Positions 8,854 to 18,526 of a DNA stretch of 64,000 nucleotides are shown piece by piece. Within the stretch, counting starts at the first letter, position 1. Each line of letters starts with the position of its first letter. The position numbers were made by a program, and so were the translations under genes. Below the pieces are notes generated by a model. The model was given only the letters and a program-made list of their open reading frames with translations. It was not told the origin of the DNA and made no database searches. The DNA comes from Deinococcales bacterium (GTDB taxonomy: Bacteria > Deinococcota > Deinococci > Deinococcales > JAAFIG01): the NCBI GenBank assembly GCA_043778225.1, contig JAYWGM010000041.1, forward strand, positions 1 to 64,000, written 5' to 3'.

Positions 8854-11523
8854 ATGCGTAAATCCTTTTCTCTTTTAGCAGTTTTAACCGTTGGTGTCTT
8901 AGCGGGTTGTAATTTATACAGCACGCCGCAGAACATTCAAAAAAGCACAGCAAGTCTCGAAGTGGCAACTGAACAAAGCGCCACACGCTGGTTTATTGGG
9001 GTCGAAGGTCAAGTGGCGGTGCAGGGTTTGTCGTTACAAAGCGTCCAAACACAACAGGCTCGAGTGCTGAATGCAATGCGTGCCAGTGGGGTTAAATTCC
9101 AAGTCCAGAACCAATTCTCGAGACTCTGGAGTGGGTATGTGGTCAAGGCTTCGGCTGCCGAAGCGCAAAAACTACGGTTTGTAGCTGGGGTGAGTTCGGT
9201 TGACCCTGTTTTGAATATCCCAATTCCAGAAGTGACCCGTGGTGATACGCCAGACTTGACCACCAGCACAGGGCAGATTCAAGCGCCTTTGGCTCGTAAT
9301 GTCTATAGCGTCAATGGGACTGGAATTAAAGTTGGTATTATTGATACGGGTATTGATGTGCAGCATACGGCTTTCGCGGGTCGAATTGCGGGTGGTACAG
9401 ACTTTGTGGGCGATGCTTACAATGCCAATATTGATGGCAGCCTTCCCGTGCCAGACAACGACCCTGATGATTGTGGTGGACATGGTTCGCACGTGGCTGG
9501 CATTGTCGGAGCAAACGATACAGTTACACCATTCCAAGGGGTTGCGCCAAATGTGAGCTTATATGCTTATAGGGTTTTTGGTTGCGAAGGTTCAACTGCT
9601 TCTGATATTCCGATTGCCGCAATGGAACGTGCCGTAGCCGATGGTGTGGATATTGTTAATTTAAGTCTGGGCAGCAACTTTGGGACAAGCGCCGGACCAA
9701 GTGCGATTGCCGTGGATCGTTTGTCTTTAGCTGGTATTACTGTGGTGATGTCGGCGGGTAACTCAGGGGCAGTTGGTTTGTACGCCCACGGCTCACCGGG
9801 TTCTTCGGAATCGGCAATTTCTGTGGCAAACGTCGAGAATGTTGGGGTTTACCAGAGTTCTTTTAGCATCTCGAGAACCGGTTTTACCACCACGGCTTTT
9901 GGGTATGGTGGAATGGCAGCCAGTCCGACTGTGCCGCTTACGGGTGCATTTCCAATTGTGCGTTTAGGCGCACCGCTTTCGCCAGAAGCTCAGGCTTGTA
10001 CCTCAGGGGCAACACCAAGACCAATCGCTGCGAATTCTTTAACTGGTAAAATTGTGCTGATTCAACGCGGAGGCGGCTGTTCGTTTTACGAAAAAGTCAG
10101 GAACGCCGAGGTTGGTGGTGCAGTCGCGGCTGTGATTTACAACAACGCAGCTGGTTTTATCAGTTCAACTGTAGCTGGCGTTCCAGCCACCACGATTCCA
10201 TCGATCACCATGCTCCAAGCCGATGGTAATGCCCTAGATGTAGTCATTAACAATGCCAGTCCAACCACTTTAACTTGGACTGCCTTAAAGACTACAGTGG
10301 CAAACCCTGCTGGTGGTTTTATTGACACCAGCAGTTCTTATGGTCCAATGGACGACCTGAACCTGAAACCAGATGTGTCCGCGCCCGGTGGAAGTATCTA
10401 CTCGACGTATCCACTCGAGAAAGGTGGTTACGCGACCTTGAGCGGCACAAGCATGGCTTCGCCGCACGTGGCTGGAGCAGTGGCACTCTTAATGCAGGCT
10501 CGCCCAGAATTAAAAGGCAATCCTCGAGCCATTCGCGCCATTTTACAAAACACTTCTGTGCCGTTTAACTCACGGGCTGTGGCTGGTTTAGAACACGTCC
10601 AACGCCAAGGTTCGGGCTTGATTCAAGTGCTGAACGCCTTATCCACTAAACAAAGCATTAGCCCTTCGCGCTTACCGCTTGGTGAACTTGAATCTGGCAG
10701 CAAAACCGTGACCTTAACCGTCAAAAACACCAGCAGCAGCCCAATTACCTATGCCATTACCCACGCAGGGGCTTCGAGCATCCTCAGCGATGCCTTGCCT
10801 AGTGGTCCAGCCCCAGCTACGATTACCGTGCCAGCTTCGACGGCTGTTCCAACGGCTATCCTCAGCACCTCGAGTCTGGTTGTTGCAGCTAATGCCACTG
10901 CCACTTTTGATGTGACCATTACCGCACCGGCAGCTTTGGCTTTGCATGGTTACTTTGGTGGCTATGTGGTCTTGACCCCAAACGTTGGTTTGCCACTTCG
11001 TGTGCCGTACACGGGGTACAAAGGCGATTACCAATTTGTCAAAGCCATTCCGATTTGTGCTAGACAATTTGAATCAGGTGTTAATCCAACTGCTTGTACC
11101 AATGCCAGTACCCCCGGTATCTTCCTAACCGAAGCAAGTTTAACCAATATTTATACCGGAGATGGTGCAACCTTTAACATGAGCAGCCCAGCCACTATTC
11201 CCGCCGTTGCGTTCACTCGAGTCCGCCCAATGCGCCGCGTGATTGTCGAAGTCGTCAAGGCTGACGGTAGCGCCGTTGACCCTGTAATTAACAAAGTAGC
11301 GAGTGCTGACTACCTTGGGCGTTCATCGCATCAATTCTCATACACCGTTATTCCACTAACCGATGGTAAAGTTTTTGCCGGAAAAGGGACTGGAAACACA
11401 ACCTTGCCAAACGGAACATACCGCTTTAAGTTACGTGGCTTAAAAGCCCTAGGCGACGAAAACAACCCTGCTCACTGGGAAGTATTCACTTCGCCGACTT
11501 TTGAAATAGCCCGCCCAATCTAA
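8854..11523 (+). CDS. S8 subtilisin-like serine protease with PA domain (lipoprotein)
   Basis: IIDTGID, GHGSHVAG and SGTSMASPHVAG catalytic motifs; GKIVLIQRG PA domain; VLAGC lipobox. Confidence 0.93.
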   Translation: MRKSFSLLAVLTVGVLAGCNLYSTPQNIQKSTASLEVATEQSATRWFIGVEGQVAVQGLSLQSVQTQQARVLNAMRASGVKFQVQNQFSRLWSGYVVKASAAEAQKLRFVAGVSSVDPVLNIPIPEVTRGDTPDLTTSTGQIQAPLARNVYSVNGTGIKVGIIDTGIDVQHTAFAGRIAGGTDFVGDAYNANIDGSLPVPDNDPDDCGGHGSHVAGIVGANDTVTPFQGVAPNVSLYAYRVFGCEGSTASDIPIAAMERAVADGVDIVNLSLGSNFGTSAGPSAIAVDRLSLAGITVVMSAGNSGAVGLYAHGSPGSSESAISVANVENVGVYQSSFSISRTGFTTTAFGYGGMAASPTVPLTGAFPIVRLGAPLSPEAQACTSGATPRPIAANSLTGKIVLIQRGGGCSFYEKVRNAEVGGAVAAVIYNNAAGFISSTVAGVPATTIPSITMLQADGNALDVVINNASPTTLTWTALKTTVANPAGGFIDTSSSYGPMDDLNLKPDVSAPGGSIYSTYPLEKGGYATLSGTSMASPHVAGAVALLMQARPELKGNPRAIRAILQNTSVPFNSRAVAGLEHVQRQGSGLIQVLNALSTKQSISPSRLPLGELESGSKTVTLTVKNTSSSPITYAITHAGASSILSDALPSGPAPATITVPASTAVPTAILSTSSLVVAANATATFDVTITAPAALALHGYFGGYVVLTPNVGLPLRVPYTGYKGDYQFVKAIPICARQFESGVNPTACTNASTPGIFLTEASLTNIYTGDGATFNMSSPATIPAVAFTRVRPMRRVIVEVVKADGSAVDPVINKVASADYLGRSSHQFSYTVIPLTDGKVFAGKGTGNTTLPNGTYRFKLRGLKALGDENNPAHWEVFTSPTFEIARPI

Positions 11524-11533
11524 ATCCAGCACA

Positions 11534-11571
11534 AACCCGCTCGAGCCAATGGCTCGAGCGGGTTCTTTTTT
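11534..11571 (+). terminator. Intrinsic terminator whose stem contains two CTCGAG sites
   Basis: aacccgctcgagcca-a-tggctcgagcgggtt followed by ctttttt. Confidence 0.8.
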
Positions 11572-11573
11572 GC

Positions 11574-12869
11574 TTACATATTTTTAATTAGAGCCGTACC
11601 GAATTCAGAGCATTTCAATAACGTTGCACCGTCCATAAGTCGGTGAAAATCATAAGTCACGGTTTTTTGGTCTATGGTCTTTTTGAGGCTCGAGACGATT
11701 AAATCGGCTGCCTCAGTCCAACCAAAGAAACGCAACATCATTTCGCCCGATAAAATCACACTGGAAGGATTGACTTTATCCTGCCCAGCATATTTCGGGG
11801 CTGTGCCATGGGTCGCCTCAAAAACCGCATGACCAGTCATGTAATTGATATTTGCACCGGGCGCAATACCAATCCCGCCAACTTGGGCAGCCAACGCATC
11901 GGATAAGTAATCGCCGTTGAGGTTTAGGGTTGCCACCACATCGTACTCGGCAGGACGAAGCAGAATTTGTTGCAAGAAGGCATCGGCAATCGCATCTTTA
12001 ACCAAAATTTTACCCGATTTTAGGGCAGCGTCTTGTTCGGCATTGGCGGCAGGTTCGCCACTTGCCGCTTTGGTGCGTTCCCACTGCGCCCAAGTGTAAA
12101 AGTGTTCGCCAAATTCGCGTTCGGCAAGTTCATAGCCCCAGTTTTTGAACGAACCTTCGGTGAACTTCATGATGTTGCCTTTGTGAACCAGCGTTACGCT
12201 CTTGCGCTTATTGGCAATCGTGTACTCGAGGGCAGCGCGAACTAGGCGTTCTGTGCCTTCTTTCGAGACTGGTTTAATGCCAAGACTCGAGGAATCTGGA
12301 AAACGGATATTCTTAACGTTCATTTCATTTTGCAAAAAGTTAAGTAACTTCTTGACTTCGGGTGTTCCCGCTTGGAATTCGATACCCGCATAAATATCTT
12401 CGGTGTTCTCGCGGAAAATTACCATGTCCACCAGTTCGGGTTGCTTGACTGGGCTTGGTACACCATCAAAATACTGCACTGGGCGCAAGCAAGCGTACAA
12501 ATCCAGAATTTGGCGTAACGCCACGTTAATGCTGCGGATACCGCCGCCAACGGGTGTGGTCAGTGGACCTTTAATGCCAATTAAAAACTCACGGATGGCA
12601 TCGTTGGTTTCTTCGGGCAGCCAAACAATTTCGCCGTACACATCATTGGCTTTATCGCCCGCATAAACTTCCATCCACGAGATTTTTTTTGTGCCGCCAT
12701 ACGCCTTCTCGACGGCTGCATCCAGCACCCGCACCGAAGCTGCCCAGATGTCTGCGCCCGTGCCGTCACCTTCGATAAAAGGCACAATTGGATTATTGGG
12801 AACGTTCAGAACACCGTTTTGCATCGTAATTTTTTCGCCAGCAGGAACAACTATTTTCTTAAATGCCAT
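11574..12869 (-). CDS. icd: NADP-dependent isocitrate dehydrogenase
   Basis: [60 protein letters not shown]. Confidence 0.97.
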   Translation of the reverse strand: MAFKKIVVPAGEKITMQNGVLNVPNNPIVPFIEGDGTGADIWAASVRVLDAAVEKAYGGTKKISWMEVYAGDKANDVYGEIVWLPEETNDAIREFLIGIKGPLTTPVGGGIRSINVALRQILDLYACLRPVQYFDGVPSPVKQPELVDMVIFRENTEDIYAGIEFQAGTPEVKKLLNFLQNEMNVKNIRFPDSSSLGIKPVSKEGTERLVRAALEYTIANKRKSVTLVHKGNIMKFTEGSFKNWGYELAEREFGEHFYTWAQWERTKAASGEPAANAEQDAALKSGKILVKDAIADAFLQQILLRPAEYDVVATLNLNGDYLSDALAAQVGGIGIAPGANINYMTGHAVFEATHGTAPKYAGQDKVNPSSVILSGEMMLRFFGWTEAADLIVSSLKKTIDQKTVTYDFHRLMDGATLLKCSEFGTALIKNM

Positions 12870-12946
12870 AAAATTCTCCTTTGGTAAGCAAAATAGAATA
12901 CCATCCCAGCCAACTCGAGACCCGAGACTCGAGCAGTGACAAGTTT

Positions 12947-13537
12947 TTAATCAAACCGAATAGATTTCTGCCAAGTTTTGAATCTGCGCCAAGTACGTTG
13001 TATTTGCGTTTCGGTTCGTTCAACAATTGGTAAGCCAAGTTGCTGCAATAAGTCTCGAGCCAAAGTTTCGACTGGAACATGGTCGGTAGATATTTGCTTG
13101 GTAAAGATTGGGTTTTGTAGTGCTTCAACATTGCGTTCAAGGTTTTGTAAAGCAAATTGATTGCGTCCGTCGCCGCGCTGATGCAGTCTGCGTTTAATGG
13201 TTTGGCTGGTGGCTATCAGTGCAAAATGTCGAATGTCCACACCTCGAGTTCGTAATTCTCCAATGATTTCCTGAAAATAAGTAGGATTCACAAGGGTCAT
13301 GGGAATAATAATTGGACAAGTTTGATTTTTCGCCAGATGCTCGAGTGATACCCATACCAATTCACGCCAAAGTATCACATCCTGAAAATCCTGGTTTAGC
13401 ATTGGTTTATGGGCGCGACGCAAACCAAAACCTATTTCTTCAGGGTCAAAAATTAGGGCGTTCGGGTGCAGGGCTTGCATTTCAAAAGCAAGACTGGTTT
13501 TTCCAACGCCAAAAGTACCATTAAGCCAAATCAGCAT
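12947..13537 (-). CDS. P-loop ATP-binding protein (TmrB/AAA_33-like)
   Basis: [33 protein letters not shown]. Confidence 0.75.
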   Translation of the reverse strand: MLIWLNGTFGVGKTSLAFEMQALHPNALIFDPEEIGFGLRRAHKPMLNQDFQDVILWRELVWVSLEHLAKNQTCPIIIPMTLVNPTYFQEIIGELRTRGVDIRHFALIATSQTIKRRLHQRGDGRNQFALQNLERNVEALQNPIFTKQISTDHVPVETLARDLLQQLGLPIVERTETQIQRTWRRFKTWQKSIRFD

Positions 13538-13612
13538 GAGTCGTATTCTGCAAAAAGAATCTGAGGTTTGATGAGACTATTAGTATGCCAGCCCTGTGGT
13601 ATTTTCTCGAGT

Positions 13613-14152
13613 ATGAATGTGGCTCTTAAAGAATGGGATGTGCAGTGCCAAGCGCTCGAGCTAGGGCGCACGGCTTTGTTGCTTCGCAAAGGCGGAATTA
13701 TCGAGCAGCGCGGCGAATTTAGCCTCGAGCATGAGCGGTTCTGGTTGTATCCGACGTTTTTGCATCAGAATCTTGGCGAACTGCGCTCAGATTTCCATGA
13801 CTTGCTGCGTCAGAATCCAGAAGTTGGCTCGGTTGTACTCCGTAGTTTTGCGATGGTCGAAAAAATCTGGAAACTCGAGGATTTAACCCAGATTCGTGGT
13901 CTCGAGCCAGACAATGCCCTGACCGCCGATGCCTTGGAGCGCAAATACCAATACCGCAATAAGCCATTTGTTCATGCCTTGCTGTTGCGGGTCTACACTT
14001 GCCAGCCAGTGAGAATACTCGAGACTCCAGAGTACGCAGGTTGTGTTTCTTGGGTCAATTTTGAGAGCAAACTCGAGCCAATTCATGCCCAAGCGGTTTT
14101 GCCCGACCCAGAATTTTTGGCTTTCAAAACACAACTCGAGGCAAAATTATGA
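13613..14152 (+). CDS. DUF1802 family protein
   Basis: ALKEW...LLRKGGI.E...F.LYPTF.HQ and Y.GC.SWV. Confidence 0.8.
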   Translation: MNVALKEWDVQCQALELGRTALLLRKGGIIEQRGEFSLEHERFWLYPTFLHQNLGELRSDFHDLLRQNPEVGSVVLRSFAMVEKIWKLEDLTQIRGLEPDNALTADALERKYQYRNKPFVHALLLRVYTCQPVRILETPEYAGCVSWVNFESKLEPIHAQAVLPDPEFLAFKTQLEAKL

Positions 14153-15012
14153 GTTATTTAATGGCGGGTCATGCCGCAAATCTGACCCTGCGGGTCTTTG
14201 CTGCCAAGACCACAAAATTAGTGGCACAAGCTCGAGTCAGCCATAATTTAAGCCCGACTGCAACCGCCGCCCTTGGGCGTTCCTTGACTGGGGCGCTGCT
14301 GCTGACCCAAGTGCTTTCTAAGCGCGACGAAGACCGAATAACGCTGCGAATTCAGGGGGATGGTCCAATTGGCTATATCGTCGCCGAGGGCGGACAGGAC
14401 GGCGCAGCCCGAGGCTATGTCAAATTCCCCGATGCCGACTTGCCACCTCGAGCAACCGATGGCAAACTTGATGTTGGTGCTTTGGTCGGTAAAAATGGTG
14501 ATTTTGCAGTCATGCGGCTGCTCGAGAACACCGAGCCGTACACAGGCAGTGTGCCACTGGTTTCGGGCGAAATTGCCGACGACCTAGCGGCTTATCTGTT
14601 GCAATCCGAGCAAATCCCCAGTGCGGTGCTGCTTGGGGTGCATCTTGACTCGGGCGGCGTGACTCAGGCTGGAGGCATTTTAATCCAAGCCATGCCGGGG
14701 GTCTCGGACAGCACCTTAGCCCAACTCGAGCAGAACATCGCGGGCTTAGGGCAACTGACCAGTGCCATGAAAAACATCGGGCTGCTTGGCGCAGTCGGAC
14801 AAATTTTGGCTGGACTCGACCTCGAGATGCGCCAAGAAACGCTTGCCCTCGAGTGGAAATGCCGTTGCAGTTTGGAGCGCAGTTTAGCCAGTTTGGTGTA
14901 TTTTTCGCCGTCCGAGCGCCAAGAGATGATTGAAGCGGGAGGGCAAGAAGTGGTCTGCCATTGGTGCGGCAAGAAGTATCAGATTAGCCCAGAGGAAATT
15001 CGGCTGATTTGA
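14149..15012 (+). CDS. hslO: Hsp33 redox-regulated chaperone
   Basis: GDGPIG, SGEIADDL..YL.QSEQIPS, CRC...CHWC zinc motif. Confidence 0.93.
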   Translation: MSYLMAGHAANLTLRVFAAKTTKLVAQARVSHNLSPTATAALGRSLTGALLLTQVLSKRDEDRITLRIQGDGPIGYIVAEGGQDGAARGYVKFPDADLPPRATDGKLDVGALVGKNGDFAVMRLLENTEPYTGSVPLVSGEIADDLAAYLLQSEQIPSAVLLGVHLDSGGVTQAGGILIQAMPGVSDSTLAQLEQNIAGLGQLTSAMKNIGLLGAVGQILAGLDLEMRQETLALEWKCRCSLERSLASLVYFSPSERQEMIEAGGQEVVCHWCGKKYQISPEEIRLI

Positions 15013-15047
15013 GTTTCCTCATGGTTTTACGGTATCGTAAAAATCGT

Positions 15048-15347
15048 ATGTCTCAACCTACCCAACCCAATCCCCTAAAGTCCTTACAGCAAGGCACAAT
15101 GATGGCAATGGCAACCGATATGAACAACGCCCAAGCTGTGGCGGCTGGCTTATTGCCCTGCTTTGGTTTTGAAATCACGGCTGCCAACGAACAGTTCCAA
15201 GTCAATGTTGCCGAGCTAAATACTGGACACGATATTCGTCTGGCTCGAGAAGTTGCATCGGGTATTCAAGAAGCGATGCGCCAGCTTGTTGAAAAAATAG
15301 ATGGTCATATTGCTCAGCAAGACAGTGCGCCAACCAACGCAAATTAG
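15048..15347 (+). CDS. Hypothetical protein
   Basis: About 99-aa ORF in a gene-sized gap; no recognised motif. Confidence 0.5.
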   Translation: MSQPTQPNPLKSLQQGTMMAMATDMNNAQAVAAGLLPCFGFEITAANEQFQVNVAELNTGHDIRLAREVASGIQEAMRQLVEKIDGHIAQQDSAPTNAN

Positions 15348-15409
15348 GCAAAAGAGAGTTCTCGAGCCTTGAAAACTCGAGAACCAAAACCCGAGGCGAT
15401 GGCAGTAAT

Positions 15410-16237
15410 TTAGTGTTTTCCAAGCACATCGGTCAATAAATGCACCAATTTATCGCGCAGGGCAATAAATTGGCTCGAGCGGGTCAGTTCGGCTCGAGGG
15501 CGCGGACGGGCAAATGGGACATCGATAATTTCTTGAATTCTGGCTTTGGGACCATTGCTCATGACCACAATGCGGTCGGATAGATACAGTGCTTCGTCTA
15601 TGTCGTGCGTTACCATCACGACGGTTTCCACGCCGCTTTCGCCAGTCCACATCTCGTTGAGTTTGTCTTGTAGTGTGCCGCGTGTCAGGGCATCCAATGC
15701 CCCAAAAGGCTCATCGAGCAGCAAAACCTTAGGGTGAGTCGCAAAAGCTCGAGCAATCGCCACACGCTGCTTCATACCGCCCGAGAGTTCGCTCGGGCGC
15801 TTGTCCTTGTGGGTCCAAAGGCTGACCGCCCGCAGAAAAATTTCGACCCGGGCTTTGACCTCGAGTGACGACAAGCTCGGACGGGCTGCCTCGAGTGCTT
15901 CAGAAACATTTTGATAAACACTAAGCCACGGCAACAGCGAGTAGTTCTGAAAAACCACCGCACGGTCTGGGCTAGGCTTTTCGATTTCTAAGCCATCGAG
16001 TTTGAGACTGCCTGTACTTGGCAACTCGAGACCCGCAATCAAAGACAAAAGCGTGCTTTTACCGCAACCAGAATGCCCAATTAAACTGACAAACTCACCT
16101 GTCTTAATCTCGAGGTTGACGTGTTCAATAGCCGTATACGACCCAAACGACTTAGAAACTCCACTAATCTCGAGTCCTTTGGCGCGTTGCAGATGGGCAG
16201 CCGTCAGCACGGCACTGGTGGAAATATCGCTGTACAT
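15410..16237 (-). CDS. Nitrate ABC transporter ATP-binding subunit (NrtC/D-like)
   Basis: IGHSGCGKST, VVFQNYSLLPW, LSGGMKQR, LLDEPFGALDALTR. Confidence 0.9.
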   Translation of the reverse strand: MYSDISTSAVLTAAHLQRAKGLEISGVSKSFGSYTAIEHVNLEIKTGEFVSLIGHSGCGKSTLLSLIAGLELPSTGSLKLDGLEIEKPSPDRAVVFQNYSLLPWLSVYQNVSEALEAARPSLSSLEVKARVEIFLRAVSLWTHKDKRPSELSGGMKQRVAIARAFATHPKVLLLDEPFGALDALTRGTLQDKLNEMWTGESGVETVVMVTHDIDEALYLSDRIVVMSNGPKARIQEIIDVPFARPRPRAELTRSSQFIALRDKLVHLLTDVLGKH

Positions 16238-16254
16238 TATAGCTCCTTCGGAGC

Positions 16255-16347
16255 GGTGAAAAGGTCAAAGGGTCAAAAGGTTAAAAGTAAAAAACCGTGG
16301 TTCTTAACTTTTTACCCTTTCTACTTTTTACCTTTTCCCCCTGCCTT
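16255..16347. repeat. 8-bp-period purine-rich/pyrimidine-rich inverted tandem repeat
   Basis: ggtgaaaa ggtcaaag ggtcaaaa ggttaaaa ... aacttttt accctttc tacttttt accttttc. Confidence 0.8.
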
Positions 16348-17174
16348 TATACTGTGTAGGTGACTTTTTTCTGCGCCCATTCAAAAACTTTATCGAGCAG
16401 TAAGCCCGTGATGCCAATCACCAAAATGGCACTGATGACCTTTTCATAGGAGAGAGCGTTGTATGAATCCCAGACAAAAAAACCAATCCCACTTGCGCCC
16501 GAGAGCATTTCGGCAGCCACAATCACCATCCATGCGACACCAAAGGATAAACGCAAACCAGTTAAAATATGCGGTAAGGCAAATGGAATCAGCACTTGGC
16601 GGACATAGCGGTCTGGGGTAAAACTAAAGACTCGAGCCACATTTTTATAGTCTTTTGGCACACTGGCAACCCCAAAAGCGGTGTTTAAGACTGTAGACCA
16701 CAGACTGGTAATAAAAATAACAAAAACCAAAGCGTTTGGCGTGGATTTCAGCGTGACTAAGGCAATCGGATACCAAGCCAGTGGCGAAACCGGACGCAAG
16801 ACTTGGACAATTGGGTTCATCAGGCGCTGCATAAACGGCACACTGCCCATGACCATCCCAAGCGGAATCGCCACCAGACCACCAAGCAACCACCCGACCG
16901 AAACTCGAGCCAAACTCGACATCAATAAACGCCCAATACCTTGGTCGTTTGGTCCACCATAATGAAACGGGTCTTTGACCAAATCCCAAAAAACCACCGC
17001 CGTGGCTTGTGGTGTTGGCAAATCTGCGCCAACAAAATAACGAACAATGTACCAAAACCCAAGCACCATACCGATGCTTAACGCGCCAATCCCAAGGCTC
17101 GAGACAAACACAGGAATTTTGACTGGCTTAACCGCTTTGGTCTCGAGTGCCGTGGTGCTGATTTGCTGGTTCAT
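16347..17174 (-). CDS. nrtB: Nitrate ABC transporter permease (NrtB)
   Basis: GPNDQGIG, LRPVSPLAW.PI, LNTAFGV, W.VIVAAEML. Confidence 0.9.
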   Translation of the reverse strand: MNQQISTTALETKAVKPVKIPVFVSSLGIGALSIGMVLGFWYIVRYFVGADLPTPQATAVVFWDLVKDPFHYGGPNDQGIGRLLMSSLARVSVGWLLGGLVAIPLGMVMGSVPFMQRLMNPIVQVLRPVSPLAWYPIALVTLKSTPNALVFVIFITSLWSTVLNTAFGVASVPKDYKNVARVFSFTPDRYVRQVLIPFALPHILTGLRLSFGVAWMVIVAAEMLSGASGIGFFVWDSYNALSYEKVISAILVIGITGLLLDKVFEWAQKKVTYTV

Positions 17175-17190
17175 ATCACTCCTTTTGCGA

Positions 17191-17312
17191 AGGTTAAAAG
17201 GGAAAAAGTAGAAAAGCGACCATGCCCGATAGGTGTGTGCTTATAGTCAAAGGGTTAAAAGGATTACAGCTTTTTTTACTTTTAACCTTTTTACCCTTTG
17301 ACCTTTTAACCC
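17191..17312. repeat. 8-bp-period inverted tandem repeat containing a nested 35-bp unit (17216-17250)
   Basis: ggttaaaa gggaaaaa gtagaaaa [gcgaccatgcccgataggtgtgtgcttatagtcaa] ... ttttaacc tttttacc ctttgacc ttttaacc. Confidence 0.8.
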
Positions 17313-18526
17313 TAAATACTCTTGAGATACGCGGCTGGGTTGTTGGGGTCAAACTTGGTGCTGTCCAAACTGGTGCTAAAAGGTTTCATGTCGTCGGTTG
17401 GAATTGCAATGTTCATTTCTTTAGCGACATCTTCGTAGAGGTCTTGCATAATCAGTTTGCTGGCGATGGCTTTATAGTCTGGAGCGGTTTTTAAGTAACC
17501 AAAGCGCTGGTACTGCGCCAAGAACCAAATCGCATGGCTGAGGCGCGGGTAGGGGGTTTTACCGCCTCTAAAAAACTGCATTCGGTCATCGAGAAATTGC
17601 TTGACCCCAATTCCAGCCCCCATGTCGTAGCGTCCCTCGAGCCGCCCGCCAATCACGTCTGGGCTGGCATTGACATATTGGGCTTGTCCGATGGTGGCGG
17701 CGGCTTTGCGGATATTGGCAATGTTATCCAGCCATTGCCCAGCCTCGAGAATCGCCTTCATCAGTTTTTTGACGGTATCGTCTTGTTCGGCAAAGTCTTT
17801 ATTAAGAACCAAGGCTTTTTCGGGGTGATGCTTCCAGATTTCTTGGCTGGTGATGGTTGTAAACCCGATGTCCTGAGCCACACCAACCCCGTTCCACGGC
17901 TCGCCAACGCTGTAGCCAATCATGTTGCCGACTTTCATATTGGAAACCATTTGCGGTGGTGGAATGGTGATGATTCTTTGTTTGCCACTGACGGTTGCAT
18001 CTATGTCGGCAGCCGCCAGATAATTTCGCAACCAAATATCGTGTGTGCCACCCGGGAAAGTCATCGCAAAAGTCGTGTCTTTGCCTTCAGCAGCCAGTTT
18101 CTCGAGGGCAGGTTTGAGTTTTTTCGGGTCGCGCCCGACGCTGCTCAGGGCTTTACTGAGGGTAATGGCTTGACCGTTGTTGTTGAGAATCATGGCAATT
18201 TTCATCTCTTTGCCAGCTTGCCCACCAATGCCGGTATAAACGCTAAAGGGCATTCCAAATAAGCAGTGTCCACCTTGAATATCACCGTTGAGGATGCCAT
18301 CGCGCAGGGCTGCCCACGAGGCTTGTTTGACGATTTCAACATCCAAGCCGTATTTCTTAAAGTAGCCCAGTTCTTTTGCCATAACCAAACTGGCACAGTC
18401 AGTCAGGGCAATAAACCCCAGCCGAATGGTTTTTTGGGCTGAACCGCGAGAAAAAATTTGCGGCACTGCAAAAGCAGCACTGGCAGCCGCAGCCGTTTTC
18501 ATGAATTGCCGACGATTGATACTCAT
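17312..18526 (-). CDS. nrtA: Nitrate ABC transporter substrate-binding protein (NrtA/CmpA family), Tat signal
   Basis: NRRQFMK twin-arginine signal; LGFIALTDC, AMTFPGGTH, IPPPQMV, GEPWN, HPEK. Confidence 0.9.
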   Translation of the reverse strand: MSINRRQFMKTAAAASAAFAVPQIFSRGSAQKTIRLGFIALTDCASLVMAKELGYFKKYGLDVEIVKQASWAALRDGILNGDIQGGHCLFGMPFSVYTGIGGQAGKEMKIAMILNNNGQAITLSKALSSVGRDPKKLKPALEKLAAEGKDTTFAMTFPGGTHDIWLRNYLAAADIDATVSGKQRIITIPPPQMVSNMKVGNMIGYSVGEPWNGVGVAQDIGFTTITSQEIWKHHPEKALVLNKDFAEQDDTVKKLMKAILEAGQWLDNIANIRKAAATIGQAQYVNASPDVIGGRLEGRYDMGAGIGVKQFLDDRMQFFRGGKTPYPRLSHAIWFLAQYQRFGYLKTAPDYKAIASKLIMQDLYEDVAKEMNIAIPTDDMKPFSTSLDSTKFDPNNPAAYLKSI

